Below are positions 27,101 to 42,083 of a stretch of DNA of 64,000 bases, piece after piece. Source of the stretch: Cycas panzhihuaensis (taxonomy: Eukaryota; Plantae; Cycadophyta); contig CM041465.1 of NCBI GenBank assembly GCA_023213395.1, positions 37,827,741 through 37,891,740 on the forward strand, read 5' to 3'. The notes under the pieces were generated by a model. It was not told the DNA's origin, did not search any database, and was given only the letters and a program-made list of their open reading frames with translations. Both the position numbers and the translations under genes were made by a program. Positions within the stretch are counted from its first letter, which is position 1, and each line of letters starts with the position of its first letter.

Positions 27101-29489
27101 GTTCTCAAACTCTAAAGAGTTGAACTCACCTCTATTGTCAATTCTTAAATATTTGATTGACCTGCCAGTGCTCTTCTCAACCAGAGCCTTGAACTGCTTA
27201 AATATACTGAAAACTTCAAATTTTCTTTTCAAAAAATATACCCATACCTTTTTAGAATAATCATCTACAAATACTATAAAGTACAATGATCCTCACTAAG
27301 ATATTGTAGGGACTAATCCCCATACATCTGAATGTACATAATCTAGAAAACCTTTACTAGTATGACTCCCTACTTCAAACTTAAGTCTATTCTAATTTCC
27401 AAAAACATAATATTTACAAAAGTCAAATCTGAAAGTTATAAGTTAGGAAGCAACTTATGGTTCATCAACATCTTAAGTCCTCTCTCACTCATGTGCCTAG
27501 GTCTCTGATACCATAATTGAGCTAGATCTTTTGTAGTCTTTGATGTTATAGTTGCATGGTTGACATCTATATTTCCCACCAAAATATAAAGGTTTCCTTT
27601 CCTTAAGGTTTTCATAACAACCAAGGTGCCCTTTGACACCTTCAAGACTCCTTCATGACCTATGTACTTATAACAACCAAAATCTAGTTCACCCAAGAAA
27701 ATCATATTCCTTTTAAAATTAAGTACATATCTAACTTTAGTTAATGTTCTCACTATACTATCAAATATTTTAATTCTAATGCTACCAATGCCCTTTGTCT
27801 TATAGGAAACTTCATTTCTCATAAACACATCACCACCATCAAGAGATTGGTATGATGAAAACTAATTCTTATGTGGATATATATATATGAAACACCTAAA
27901 TCTAATAACCAATCATGATGATAATGGGAAACATTATAAGCAACTAAGACATCATCATCTGTACCTTAATTCGACTCCACATGATTAGCCTCCTTGGCAA
28001 GATCTTCCTTTTTCTATAACTCCTTCCTTTTGTAGTAACCCTTCTTGAGGTAATATGTCTTATTATAGTGTCAACATCTGAGCTTATTCTTCTTGTCTTT
28101 TGGCTTTAACCTCAATGTGTCCCTAGAGCTTTGTCCTCTCTCAATTATTCATCCCCTTATTATCATAGCTTCTAGTGTAAAGGTTTCAAGACTGGACTTC
28201 CTCCCCACCTCTTCCATGAGCAAAGCACTCATAACAGAATCATAGTCTAATTCATCTGTAGTACTAAAATTAATTGAGGTGACAATATTATCCTAAGATT
28301 CTAGTAATGAATATAATAAAGTAATAGTCTTATTATCATTCTCAATTGTGATATTAATACTAGATAATTGATAAGTAAGGGTATTGAAAATATTTAAATA
28401 ATCAAGAATTTTTGTTCCTTCCTTCATCTGCAATGAGTATAACTGCCTCTTCAAATAGATCTAATTCGTCATTAATTTAGTCATGTACAAGCCTTCCAAT
28501 CAGGTCCATAATCATGTTGTTGTCTTCTCCCTTGCGATGTTAAATAGAACTTTGTCTGCCAAGCACAATCATATTATGCTAGGAGCCCTTTTGTCTAGAT
28601 CATACCATTCGTCATTGTACATCCCTACAAGTTTCTTCAATTTACCTTTCAGAGTTCTGTGCAATCCCTACTATACCATAACATCATATGATTTTAGCTT
28701 CTACAATAAGAAGTTGTTCTTGTCATTGAATTTCTCTACCTCGAACTTTGCATTCATCAGTTTTGCCATTTGATGTAGAAAAAGGCAACACCAAAACCTT
28801 TATAAACTCATTGTAAAAATAAAAGTGGCTTTGATACCACTTATTGAGAAAATTAAGTCCTAATAACCAGAAACTACCACTAAGATCTAAACTATTTTGT
28901 AACTAGTTACAGGAATTAAAACTGTAATTTAGCATGCAAATTCTTAAATTAAAGATAATATAATAAATAAATCAGAAAACTAAAGCATCATATATACACC
29001 AAATAAAGTATGGTAAAACCCTAGAAATGTACTAGGGAAATATCTACATAGGAAAGATATCGATCTTTATTATCCAATAATGGAGAAATGTATATAATCT
29101 ACAATATAATGCTTATAGTAATAATAACTAGCTGCCTCTTCTTAATACAGTACATCGAATACCATCAACATAATAAAAAACACTCTAAATTGGGTTGTAT
29201 GAGAGAATCATATAAGGCACAAATATCGACCATCAAATATGGGGTATTTTGAATGAACGACCCTGATTCTCTTTACAGTTTAGTATGTTTTACAGTGCTA
29301 TCTTTTTGAATTGGGGGCTACTGCCCTGAACCCCCTCTTTGTGGGAGGGGTTTTAGCTCCCCCCACACCCCTTGGCCAAGGGGGGCTCCAACCCTCCTTC
29401 GATCCCCCTACAAAAGTTTAGAGGGGAAATTGCGTTATCAACCTATCAAAATTTTTGCCTCTAAAACATTATTGTCACATTATCTAATA
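24153..29489 (-). mobile_element. Ty1/Copia LTR retrotransposon D (Tnt1/Tork-like), full-length 5.3 kb, inserted in the gag of E
   Basis: 648-bp LTRs 24153-24800 and 28842-29489; PBS gctttgatacca 28828-28839; PPT attcccacctt 24801-24811; TSD GAATA/GAATG. Confidence 0.95.
24850..28769 (-). pseudogene. gag-pol: Copia D gag-pol, disrupted
   Basis: ATG at 28769 (MAKLMNAKFEVEKFNDKNNF); ORFs 27436-27828, 26966-27286 (integrase), 25946-26200 (LEQLDVKITFL, RT), 25215-25640 (VPYDSAVGSLMYAMVCIRP). Confidence 0.92.
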
Positions 29490-31815
29490 GAATGTCAATT
29501 TTAATTCTATCGCTTTTATCTCCAAGTGTTTTTAAGAATCTTTTTTCCATTATTTATAGTTCTTGCAGTGTACCATCTTTAAATCTTGTACCATCATCAT
29601 TTAATGCCTCTTCTTTATTAGTATTTCCTTCATGCCTTTGTCTTAATACTATAGTAGCAAGCTATTCTATTATCCTCTACAACTTTTGTAAGTTTTTGTT
29701 CATTTCATTATAGTTTACTCTTCCTCCTCTTTATACAATTTTTTTTAGTGCTCTTCTTTTTACCTAACAACTTTAAGTCTTAAAGCTTCTTATAATCTTT
29801 CTATAAGGCTCTTAAGCCCCAATGAGCATTTCCTCACCCTTTCAATAGGAATACTCTACAATATATATAGTTTCTTTAGTAAATATCTATTGCAATACCT
29901 CAAGCTTTTGTGGTTTCTTTCTTTAATCCCAGAGTTGAACCGCGTTTTTATACCAAATGATGAGGATAGCCTACAAGAAAAACATTCAAGCGCATATGCA
30001 CCAACAAAAATAAGAAAGAGCTAAAGAGAAAGCCCAAAGAACATATAGAGTTGTTTTTCTTCTAATTCCATTCCATTCAATCTGCCAAATGATAGTCTAA
30101 AATTACATTTATATAAATGAAAGTAGGAAGTCTAGAAATTTCTATCTCTAACCTTAAAAACTCATTAATTATATAAAATAGTATATAAATCCATGTTTTT
30201 CAGTGAGTTTTACTAAGAAAAATTATACCACTAAGGGTTAGTACATAAAAGTAAAAACTAGTCTAAAACTAACAACTATTTTTAGATATATAAAATAAAT
30301 CTCAATTTTTAGGCATTTTTGGAGTATTTTTTAGTATGAAAACTTTGGACTTATGATGGACTTTTGGCCTTATCTTAGGTCATTTTTTCCTGTTCTGCTC
30401 AAATAGACCTTTGATTTGGCATTAAAAGGATTGAATTCTAACTGTCGAGTCAGAAGTCATACTTCAATCAATAGACCCTAAATTTTAGAGCAAAATGACT
30501 AAAAAAAGTAAAAAATAGATGGAGTTATGACGGTGGTCTAGATGCTCTCGCATCGGCTTCTGTATAAGTCATTTCATAAATTTTAACAGAATTGGCATAA
30601 CAAGTTAATGATATAGGTGAAATCATACAACAACTATAGAATAAATTGGCAGCCAAAGAAGCACAAATCATCAAGATATAAACGCAACTTAAAAAATAGG
30701 GAGAAAGAGAGTAAGTTCATAAGGACAAATATTTTTGACAAATTTAGCATTTTTGACACTTCTTAAAGATTTTGAACAAGGATGCTCAATCATTTAAACC
30801 CATGAATAGATATATGTAATAAATCTGGCACATGGGCCTTAAGAATGGACAAAAATAGCCTAAGGGACTATTTTAATCCATGAGATTAGCAAAATAATTA
30901 GTAAAAAATCACTCAAGAATGGTTACAAGAATGGCTAGAATGATTATAGCACTAGAAATCAATCCTTCAAAAATGTTTGAAATAGTAACAAAAATGGTGG
31001 AACAATTAGGAGGAAATAATGGTGTACTTAAAAAGGAATGATGGAATGGTATAAAGAAACAATTATGGCATTCAAGAAATGATCAAGTAGAATGATATAG
31101 ATTACAGTAAAATCCCCATGGCAAATCATATAGACATACAAGGATATCAAAAGGTGTTATTAATCATAATTGTTAATTATAATTATATCACTTTATTATG
31201 AACAATCAATGGTTTTCTACTAAATGATGTGCCTTTTTATATCAAGACACTTGGATTGGGGTATTAATAGGGCATTTCTCATATAGTTTGGGAGTGAGCA
31301 TTGATTGAGTCAATATAAACCTAAGAAAAAATAAGCCCAAGCTTATACTCAGTGATCCTTTAATAAAATAACAAGTATAAAGTAAAGTAATATAATGCAA
31401 TGCATGTTTATGTAAGTTATGGCTTTCGATGTGTAATATGTATATCAAGACTAACATATAGTAATGAAGGCATTAGGATACCAAGGATGAGTTAAGAAGC
31501 CATGAAAAGACAATTAAGGCCAAATTGAAGATGACATATGATAAAAGCATGAATAGGCAATTCCAAAATAACAAACATATTAAATTCAATCAACAAGTGA
31601 TAAGGTCATCTACCTATTATTCTAGGATGACAAGGTTACCCAATCTCTGCACATAATATTATTTATTATTATTTTATGATTTAACTATAAGGGACAAAGT
31701 TTAACTTATAGTATTCTACAAAAGCAACAATAAATACTCATAAAAGTTTTTTTTGTTTTTTTTCCTTATTTTGTTTTTAGTAAATAAATCTCAAGAATGA
31801 AGAGAAATTTATTTA

Positions 31816-32018
31816 AAGGGAAAGAATGTTTTAAAGTTTATATTTTAAATTTAGAACATTCTTCAAAAGGGCAAGTTTTAATATTTTTTTCTTCTAAGGT
31901 TGAGCATTAGCAAAAATATTTGTTCAAAGGGAAATAATGTTCTAAATTTTAAATTTAGAATGTTCTTCAAAAGGGCAAGTTTTAATACTTTTATCTTCTA
32001 AAGCTGAACTTTGGCAAA
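31816..32018. repeat. Degenerate tandem repeat, about 105-bp unit, 2 copies
   Basis: aagggaaa-aatgtt...ttttaaatttagaa...ttcttcaaaagggcaagttttaata occurs twice. Confidence 0.8.
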
Positions 32019-32315
32019 TTTTTATTTTTTTTTTTAAATAAAAAACAAAAAAATCTCCATGCTGAATTCCCTTATAGTTGGCACATTCTCTTTGGTGATT
32101 TCAAGACTGCAACAAAGAGATCTACTAACTTAAGTAGAGGAAGCAACTCCTTTCATTATGTTTTAGGAGGGGCCCACAAGATAACAACATTTATCTCCAC
32201 ACACTGCTACCCCAAACAAACACAACTAGCACTTAAACCCATGACTACTGTTGAATAGTTATTACGTTGCATAACAATAACAAGTAGAGAACTATTAGCT
32301 TGCAATGAATTTAGA

Positions 32316-32534
32316 GTTCTAATACCACTTAGTATAACAACATACTACTACAATTATACATAGAGAAAAAAATAACAATATTTACAATATTTGGGCCACC
32401 TTGTCTCCCTACAATAATAAGTGGATGCCCAAGTCACTGAGTAAGATGCTAAAGACCCTAACTCTAGCAACCAAGTTAGAGGATGAACTCTCTACACAAT
32501 AAATATTAATTAACACAATATCTAGAGTACTCTC
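32316..32534 (-). mobile_element. Putative PBS plus partial 5' LTR of an older element L, cut by H copy 1
   Basis: gttctaatacca-ct-ta.. has the same PBS/LTR junction layout as element D; no partner LTR in the window. Confidence 0.45.
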
Positions 32535-34520
32535 TATCTCCCCAAGTTTAGACCTCCTACCCCTCAATTTAGAAATATCAAGTATGATTCCTCTCTCATA
32601 AGTTACTTGTCATTTGTCTTACATTGCATTTGGTTACTTGCATTTGCTTATCATTTATTTTATGTTGTATTTGATTGCTTGCATTTGCTTATCATTTTAC
32701 CTTATATTGCATTTTAATTGAGCATTTGCTTATGTTTGTCTATGTATATTGCATCCCTTCACCTGCCAACGATGAAGATTGGATCTACTTTTATATGACA
32801 ACTTGTGCTATAGAATCACAACTTTGGAGGTTGAGTCAACACCCATGGAAGTCACTATGATACATTTTTTCTATAACAACCTCATTTTTGTTTTGTTTTG
32901 CACTTTTTTTAGCTCATATAAATGACCATCTCAAGTTGCCATAAGTTTGTACTCATTTGAGTTAACTTACATTAGTTAAACACATGTTAATTACCTCTCT
33001 AAATTAGTTATCAGGTGAATTAAACATAAATTAATGCCCTTTCAAGCAATTTGTTTAGGTTAGCAGAAGTATTTTGTCATTTTCCACTCATATTATACTT
33101 CATTTACATTTTTTACTTTGAATTTGAATACAATTGACCATTTTATAGTTCATCGTATAAATCTCATCTTGCACATATGAAACAAATGGTCATGATTTGA
33201 AAATGGATATTATATAAGGAAATTATATCCATATTAAGTTTTTGTCTTCTCCCATGTCCTAGTTTTAGGGCTCTCTAGGCCAACTTCACAACTAAAACAC
33301 CTTAAAAAGTGCAATTACTACCTATTGGTCATTAAAAGTGATTCCAACATAAGTTTGGAAATTTATACATCTCATAGTCTTTCATTTTGGTAGATGATGA
33401 TGTTTTACTTGCTTACACTCGAGCAAAGTCCTTCACACATTCCTTGCATGTTCATGCTCAAGTATGGCTCTCTCACATGCATCTCTAATTTGCTTTCACT
33501 TTTACCTAGAGGTTTTATGCATGTTTTGTTTATTTCCCTTGTATTTTCAAAGACTGTTGATCATTTCATTAGCTTTATTTGTTGTATTTCTCATTTCTAT
33601 TATGTACAGTGCATCTCATCATCTTATCAACAACTATGCCACATATCTCTTCAACACTTCAATGACCATACTACAAATTGCCTATACAGTTTTAGTGGTA
33701 TTTGTAATATGATACTACAATTCTCTTTATGCCTTTTGCAATATCCTTGCAACTCACACATTGTCATTTTGCAATCATATCGTAGGTTTGGTTCTGTTAT
33801 TCTACAATACTACTTGTGTAATACCATTAGTTATGCATTCTAAATTAGAGATATCTGCATTGTGATATTATAGGTTTGATATATGATTTCAACAATATGT
33901 TTTTCTTTTATTCTCTTTCTTACATCATTATTTTATTTTAATCTTTCCTTTTATCATTCTCATGATTATTTTTATTTGATTCTTTTTATTTTTCAAATGA
34001 TTATTTACTCCCACTCTCACATGATTTCACTTTTGAAGTTTTCTTCTTGTTTGCTTGTTGCCTTAAGAGATCTATTAAGCATTTATTAATTGCACACACA
34101 CATAACCTTATCCCTGTCTTGAGACAATAATTTTTATCTCTCATATAATATTATTTAGGGTTTTCTCACATTAACAGTGAATTAGTGCTTAGCAAAAATT
34201 ATCTTGTGACATTATTTTGTAGAAAGGAGATTGGAAAGGAGAAAATGCTTTGGCTATCACACATATACCTGCACCTAAAAGTTTATCATCAAGTAGCAAA
34301 CTGAGTAAAGGCCACTTCCAAGTCTTGTTTGATCTACTTTTAATGAAATAAACATTACACTTTATTTTAGAGAAATATACAAAGGTAATGCAATACAAGA
34401 ATATCAAAAACCCTTACTAAGAAATAATTTGTTGTACACACATAAATACTTTTAATCACATATAGGGATAATATTCATTGTTGAGTGAGTTTTATTCCTC
34501 TTTTCTATGATATATCTCAA
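32535..34520 (+). mobile_element. Long LTR of family H (Tat/Ogre-like), copy 1, 3'-truncated
   Basis: Diverged alignment to 35178-36404, 42711-43949 and 57922-58500. Confidence 0.75.
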
Positions 34521-35177
34521 CTCTAATTATCATCCTAGATAGTTAGAATAAAGTCGTAGACCTTTAAGTAACCACAAACTTTAATAATTTTGACAAATGG
34601 GTTTAGTGGTGGCCAACTTTACAAGCTTTACATTATCACCTTCTGAATTGTAGGCATGATTAATTCACAAAAGAGATGTTATAGCTAGATGGAATGAGAC
34701 ATTGAAATCTCCATTCTTGGATACCATACCCTTGATTGAATTTTATCATGACACAAAGATTCTACACTACCTCATTCCCTTGCCAATTGATTCTTATACA
34801 CTCTCATATCCATCAAATTATCTTTCCCCAATGTAAGTTTCAAATTATTATTGCATTTCCATGCACACACATATAGCTAAAGGTCATTGCTTGCTCATTT
34901 TTATGTTGTCTATAATATTTATATATTTCAAGAGTTCAAAATTCTTAAGCAAATACCTTAGTCAACTTTGTACTAGCATAATACCCTTTGATACACTCAT
35001 AAAACTTTGAAACCACACATTCTGGATTTTATCCCCATTATGCCACACAATCACATAGATCCTTGACAAGATATAGAATATTGGTAATATTGTATGTACA
35101 AATGTAGGATATGACATTAGCAACATTTGTTTATTATTACGTGAACTATACGGAACTCCATTACCAAGGGGGCAAAT

Positions 35178-36404
35178 TGTTTTCCTAATTTTAGGCCTCT
35201 TACCTCCAATTTAAAAATACCATATATGATTCCTCTCTCTTTCTCACATTAGATATGCATAAGTTGTATATCATTTATCTTACTCTACATTTGATTGCTT
35301 GCGTTTGCTTATCATTTTACCTTATGCTGCATTTTGATTGATCAATTATTTGTGTTTATTTATGCATATTATATATCCCCCCATTCCCCTTGCCACAATG
35401 AAAATAAAATATATTTCTATATAACAACTTATGTTATGGAGATATAGCTTTGATGACTTCTTTCTTGTCTTATTTCATACTCTTTTTTAGCTCCTCTAAA
35501 TGACCATCTCAAGTTGACACGAATCTATACTCCTCTAAAGTAATTTGCATAGATTAAACACAAATTAATTACCTCTCAAAATTAGCTATCATGTAAGTTA
35601 AATACGAGTCAATGCCTCTCTAAACAATTTGTTTGGGTCAACACAAGTATTTTCTATCATTTTTCACTCACATTATACTTAATTTGCATTTTTGGCCTTG
35701 AGTTTTAAAGCAGTTGATTGTTTTATATAGTTCACTATGTAGATTTTCTTGAGTACATATGAAATAAGTGGTCATGGCTTGAAAACAAACATTGTATAAG
35801 AAGTTATACCTATATTAAGTTTTTAACTTCTCTAATGTACTAGTTTTGCAACTTTCAAGGGTGATTTCATAATTAAAAAACCTTACAAAGCATAATTACT
35901 GTGAATTAGTATTTAAAACCAACTTCCACATAAGTTTGAAAATTTATTCTCCAAACACTCACTATAAATACCTCTCACAATCTTCCCTTTTAGAGGATGA
36001 TGAGGTTTCACTTTCTTGCTCACATTTAAGCAAAGCCATCCACACATTCCTTGCTTGCTCACACTCAAGTAAAACTTTCATGTGTATCTTTGATCCATTT
36101 TTGCTTCTAGTTGGAGGATTTACACATGCCCCATCTATTATCATCATGTTTTAGGAGATTGTTTAACATTTGACTTGCTTTGTTTGCCATACTGCTTATT
36201 TATGTTCTATGTTATGCATATTGCCATCTTATCAACAATCGTAGTATGGTCCACCTATATGGTTTATGCAGTACTCAGTCTAATATTGTAGATCTCTTCA
36301 CATTTTCTACAGTATCGTCATAACTCTTACACTATCTTCCTGCAACTGTACCATAGGTCAACTTCTACTATTCGGTAATATTGCTCGTGTAATAGCACTA
36401 GTTA
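35178..36404 (+). mobile_element. Family H 3' LTR, 5' half (duplicated copy), preceded by PPT aagggggcaaa
   Basis: PPT 35166-35176 then TGTTTTCC; near-identical to 42711-43949. Confidence 0.8.
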
Positions 36405-36633
36405 GAAGGCAACATTTGCTCTAGTAATAAATCAAATCTATAATTACAAGAGCAAACATTACTTAAAACAAAAGCCACAAACAAACCCTATAAGTGCTAT
36501 CAAAGGTACTATAATGTTGTTTTCTAGCATGTGAAACCTTGGGTGGACAATTGTTATGATGCCATTGACCAAAGTTAGAATTGTCATCGATTGAAACACA
36601 CATACCCATCACGAACTCACAAGCAAACCAAAG

Positions 36634-36940
<307 letters not shown>

Positions 36941-37417
36941 CAACAACATTCGTTGACCATTATGTTCGTTACAATGCATGTCGCAACCACTATTGACACA
37001 CTTACAAAATAAAAAATAAAATAAAATAATTATTGATGTTATATTTATAAGGGCACAACCAAACCTTGGTGCATAGGATACCATAAAAGAGTTGAGCAAT
37101 GAAGTTTAGTATTGAAAACAACTGGGTAAAGGTAAGGAGTAACAAGGTATCTTAATGCTAAGGAAACCCAAAGAAGAACTCACTAATACCTACCTCAAAG
37201 ATGATTTTAATTTCATCGCAATGAATGAACAAGACATTCAGCTCAAACACTTGCCTAGTTATGTCTATGAAGAGGATGAATGTAGTTGCATAAAACCGTC
37301 TACAATAACGATGCAAAACATGATGCTTTTGACGAGCCTAAAAGACATCAAGGTAGAGCCCTAAGAAACTTAACAGAAATTAGAGGTTATAGGTGTAATG
37401 AGAAAGGTCATATTGCT

Positions 37418-38574
37418 TATCACAGTTTGGTAGAGAGGGACGCTCCCTCCCGATGATCGGACGTTTTCTGTGGAGATACGTAGAGGGGTTATGAGGGAGA
37501 GACATTGGATGGTCCCTCAAAGGAGTGACCAGGAGGAGACGTAGCAGTTGTTCGGATCCAAATCCACCTGTAGTCCTTTTTTTAGCAGAGAGTGCTAGGA
37601 ACCCGAACCTAAAGAAAGGAGGAATCACTCGATTTGGGAAAAAAGTCTAGGTGATAGTGCAGAAGAGCAGGTGTGGCGATCTTGAGAAGGAGTCCCAGGA
37701 CATCAGCAACTCCAGTAATACAGCTAGATTTCAAAGATATGAGTGATGCTTCAACAAGCCAGGTGAATAGTTTGTTAGCTTAGCAACTCTCTGATTTTTT
37801 TTTTCTAATTAGTCAGTTTTAGACCTACTAAATGGAGGAAATGCACCAATTAAACCAGACTCAATCTTTCCCTCCAGGAAGGTCTTGCTGAAATGTTCTA
37901 AAAACTGAAGAGGTAGAGACGTGTGAAATTAACCCAGTCTATCAAGACAACTTAATTAAAATCTGTGTTCCAAAAGACCTTATCGAAAAGATAGAAAAAT
38001 ACTAGGAGAATAGCTTAGTAAGAAGGTTTTCAGGGCCCATACCAAGGTTAGATATTATAAGAAAATGGTTGGTGATCAAATGGAGGACTAAAAACTCAGT
38101 GGAGGTCATGGCTATGCCAAAGGGTGTGTCTTATTTAGGTTTGCAAATCGGGAAGATATGATAAGCATACTCCTAAAATCCCCTTGGATATTAGGCAGAA
38201 AGGCAATCACCCTAGAAAAGTGGCATCCAGATTTTAATCTGTCGGTGCCAACAGTGAAGCAGGCATCAATATGGGTCCAGATGCCCAGGCTACCCTTGCA
38301 CCAAATGGAAGTTATAAAAGGTGTAGCGGAAGCAATAGGGCCTTTACTGGTAACTGACTCAACAACGAAAAATAGAACTCAGCTAATAAATGTTAGATTA
38401 TGTGTTCTGGTGAGACTTGACAAATGTCTCCCAGAATTGGTGAGGATTGAATTTAAAGGGTGGGGAAAAAACCAAAAATTGGTTTATGAGTTGGACAACA
38501 TTAGATGCTCCAGATGCAGATACTTTGGGCACCTCCCTTTGACATGCCCAGGGGATTTGAAGGATGAGGGGGCA
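37418..38574 (+). mobile_element. Duplicated 5' end of LINE J (5' UTR plus ORF1 DUF4283/zinc knuckle)
   Basis: ORF 38158-38577 SPWILGRKAITLEKWHPDF...IWVQMPRLPL...CSRCRYFGHLPLTC; paralog of 44882-46043. Confidence 0.9.
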
Positions 38575-41248
38575 TGATATGTTTTTTAATCTTTAATTTT
38601 ATAATACTATTTAAAATGAGTATAAAATGGCTTGTTAATATTTATTTTTCATGTTTCTAACCTTCATGTAGTAGAAAATTGCCATTTAGATACTTAAAAA
38701 ATTACGAAGCAGGTGCAACTAACTTGTTTACAAGTGCAATCAAGTGATCTACAAGTGCAACCAGGGGTCTGCGAGTGTAACCAAGAGGTCTGCATATGCA
38801 ACCTGAAGCCTGTTGGTGCAACCTGAAGCCTGTTGGTGCAACCTAAAGCCTACAAGTGTAACCTTTGCGACCACAAGTGCAACCCGAAAAATAAAAAAAT
38901 AAACAGAATTTTAACAGAGAAAAAGGAGTCTGTTTTGCACAAAATTTTAGGAGGATGATTTTATATGTGTCCTCTACACAATAGAAAAAAGAAAACCATA
39001 GATTAAATGGTTTTAAGTTAGTTTTTCAACTGATCGAATGTTAGTTAAAAAACTAAAATAAAAAAACCATTTTAGGAAGAAACATGCATGACAGGGTTTC
39101 AAAACTGCCCGGATTTTTTCAAGAATGGAAGGAAGGATGCCCAGCAACTGTAAACGCAACAATAGGAGCAAAAATCGTGGGAAGATAATGCAAAATAACT
39201 TTCCAAAGAAAAAGAATGGCTCCAAACTAAAGACTGTGTAGGTGAAACGGAGGGGGAGAAAAAATGCAAAGAAGAAACAAACAAAAGAAACAAGAGAAAA
39301 GTGCCTAGATCTGTTCGTGGGAGCATTGAAGAAGCCCAAAAGGGCTTAGTTGCAGCCAAAGAATGAAGAAAACTAGTTGTATTAGTCCAAGGAAGACACC
39401 CAAATAGCAATCTTCTCCAAGAAAGGGTTTATGGTTGAATAGTAACCAAAACTTCATATATAGATCGTTAGTAATGGTACCAAAAAGTATGTAGCAGCCT
39501 GAAATGCGCCTAGCACACATTTCTCCACTCCCAAATTGTTGTAGCAATCTTATTCATACTCAATAGAGCACAAAAATATAGAATTTTGTAAGAAAAAATC
39601 CAAATATTTTCAAATTTAATGTATCATTATTGTATGTTGTTCTGAATTTGTTTTGATTGGACTAAGTTTTTGCTTTTCCATTCAAATTTGAATCAATATT
39701 TTTAGTATCAAAGCTTAGTTTCTTGCAAACCTTGGGAATTTAGGGATTTTTAAAGAAAAAAATAGAGAAAACCCTCTTTGTTTTAACTGTGAAAAGGTTT
39801 TTATGAAAACTAAGTTTCAGTATTTATTGACTGGTGAACCTTTAACTGAACCGCTTGAGAGAGAGCGTAGACAGTGAAGGAAGATGGCTGAGCCAGAGTA
39901 AGAGATGGAGAAAAGGTTCATAAAGATGCAACAAAATCTTAACAGACTAACCCAGCTTGTAGCACAACTAGTCTCTTAACAAGGTGCAACTTCTTCAATA
40001 GCCAAAGGCATAAAAAAAGAAGAAGATGAACTACTGAACGAAGAAACAAATGAAGAACTGACAGAAGACCAACAAGAAGAGGAAGAAGATGACAATCCAT
40101 CGGTAACAACACATCCATTCAAGGTAGAGGCAAAACTTGAATTGCCCCTCTATGATAATACCTTAGGTGCTGAAAAGTTAGATGGTTGTTTGGACCAACT
40201 AGAAACATATTTTTTAATTTATGGGTATAAAAACCAGCAGAAAATTACTTTTGCTAAGTTAAAATTGTCTAAGCATGCATTAGTTTGGTGGAATGCATAC
40301 CTTAAATTCCATAATATATATATGAAATTACATGGCAGCGATTTAAAATCCTCATAAAGAAGCAATTCTATCCTATTGGGTATAAAGAGTAGCAGAGGAT
40401 TAAATGACAGTATTACCGACAAGAGAAAAGCCAAAATGTCCAAGACTACACTAGAATTTCAAAAACAAGTTGTTGTGTTTTACTGGGTAAAGACATCATG
40501 TTGAAGTATATTGGAGAGCTACACCAACATATTCAGCAAAAACTTCAACTGTTTGAAGTTAAATCGATCGATGAAGCCAACAAGAAAGTGATCGCCATAG
40601 AAAAGAGGAACAAAAAGGTTTTCGCTGAGAGAAAAAGGTTTACACCTCAAGAAGGTAGAAATAAACTTGCACAAGGAAAGAAGTTTCCAAATAAAGTTGA
40701 ACAACAACCCACTGGGATTTTGGCAAGAAGAAACAAGCCAATACCACCTAAATCAAAATCACTTGTACACATTACAAGCGAGTGGGTCACAGCATAGAAA
40801 ATTGTTGGTTCTTACATCCATAAAAGCGGCCCAAGAACAAGGGAAAAGGTAAAGATAAAATTGAATGTAAAGCTTTACTTAACTATGTAGGTGATGAAGA
40901 TGTTTGTGGCATTAAAGGAGCCAATGAGAAGTTGATGCTCATGGCCAATGCGTAGCCTAAAAACAACCATCAACAAGTTGATCCAGAGATTAGAGAGGAG
41001 CTCTTCATGGTAAGAATCTAAGTGAAGCAAAGTATGGCTGATGCCACCTTTCATGGAGAAAGCCAAAAGAACTTAATCTCAAAGGCATTGGTAAAGAAGC
41101 TGGGATTAAAAATGCATGCACATCCTCAACCATATCCTCTTAGATGGCTACAAAAAGATTCAGAGTTGCGAGTTACTCGCTAATGTAAGTTTAAATTTGT
41201 AATTTCTGAAAACTTCATTGATGAAGTTGAATTCGAGGTAGTTCCTTT
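38575..41248 (+). mobile_element. Duplicated, truncated copy of Gypsy I (5' LTR 38575-39695, PBS 39703-39714, gag to mid-protease)
   Basis: Paralog of 46044-48691 with the same left flank GGGCA. Confidence 0.93.
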
Positions 41249-41934
41249 GGTAGTTCCAAAGAACATAAACTATGGTAAGTCACATACTCCAGCACGAGTA
41301 TAAATGATTTCCCATGCATAAAAATATATAAACAAAAAAAGAAAATTCATACATTTCAAAATAAACATTTTAAAAACCGTATGGGAGTCACACTCACAAA
41401 GTAATTTACATACAAGTTGACATGAACTGATGTTTCTTTGAATTAACTCTCATTTGGGTTAAACACAAGTCCATGCTTTCTCTAAGCAATTTGTCACATA
41501 CGTCACTCTGTCACAAGTATAGATATGAGCATATTATGCTTCTATATGCATCACTTATATAAATTATGTATGTTATGTATAGCACTCACTTCGTACTTGC
41601 ATGCATCTCCCTCACATCAATACCCTTGACCGAACTTAAGAATTACAACCTAATTCACAGAACCCTAATTATCTCATGGTTTAACTTAATTGGGTAATAT
41701 TATGGTTGTGTTGAGCTTTGCATTCTATTAAATGCATATATTGTCAAATAGACATCCTTGAAATAGATTGATTTTTCTTCACCCTCACTCGAAAGTACCT
41801 CTCATAATTCATTCTCATTAAGTCCCATATATTGAACTAGATAAATTTATCATCTTATCTACAAGTTTAATGGAGGTTGATTTCTTAAGCCTCACATAGC
41901 CATTCACTAAATCGTAAATTTATATAATAATCAA

Positions 41935-41971
41935 GAGAGAGAGAGAGAGAGGGAGAGAGAGAGAGAGAGAG
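41935..41971. repeat. (GA)n microsatellite with one interruption
   Basis: Seen directly. Confidence 0.95.
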
Positions 41972-42083
41972 TACTGAAAAGAAAGCCAATATGTATTAAA
42001 AGATGAAAAAATGCTTATATATACATCAATACATCCACAAGTTCAATAGTAACTAGCTCCCAAGTCTCACATTATCATTTACT

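Larger units (their letters stand above)
15651..30555 (-). mobile_element. Ty3/Gypsy chromovirus E (CRM-like), full-length, containing nested F and D
   Basis: 5' LTR 29958-30555, PBS 29944-29955; 3' LTR 15651-16232 + 19856-19908; purine tract 19909-19938; TSD GCTTA/GCTTC; DEIWCDVISMDVCHLLLGRLWQYD, WLVMPFGMSNA, YFDDILIFS. Confidence 0.93.

Noticed and set aside
33394-34089. Hydrophobic ORFs (up to 149 aa) as membrane or env-like proteins
   Set aside because: They lie in T-rich LTR sequence and the frames are not conserved in other H copies.
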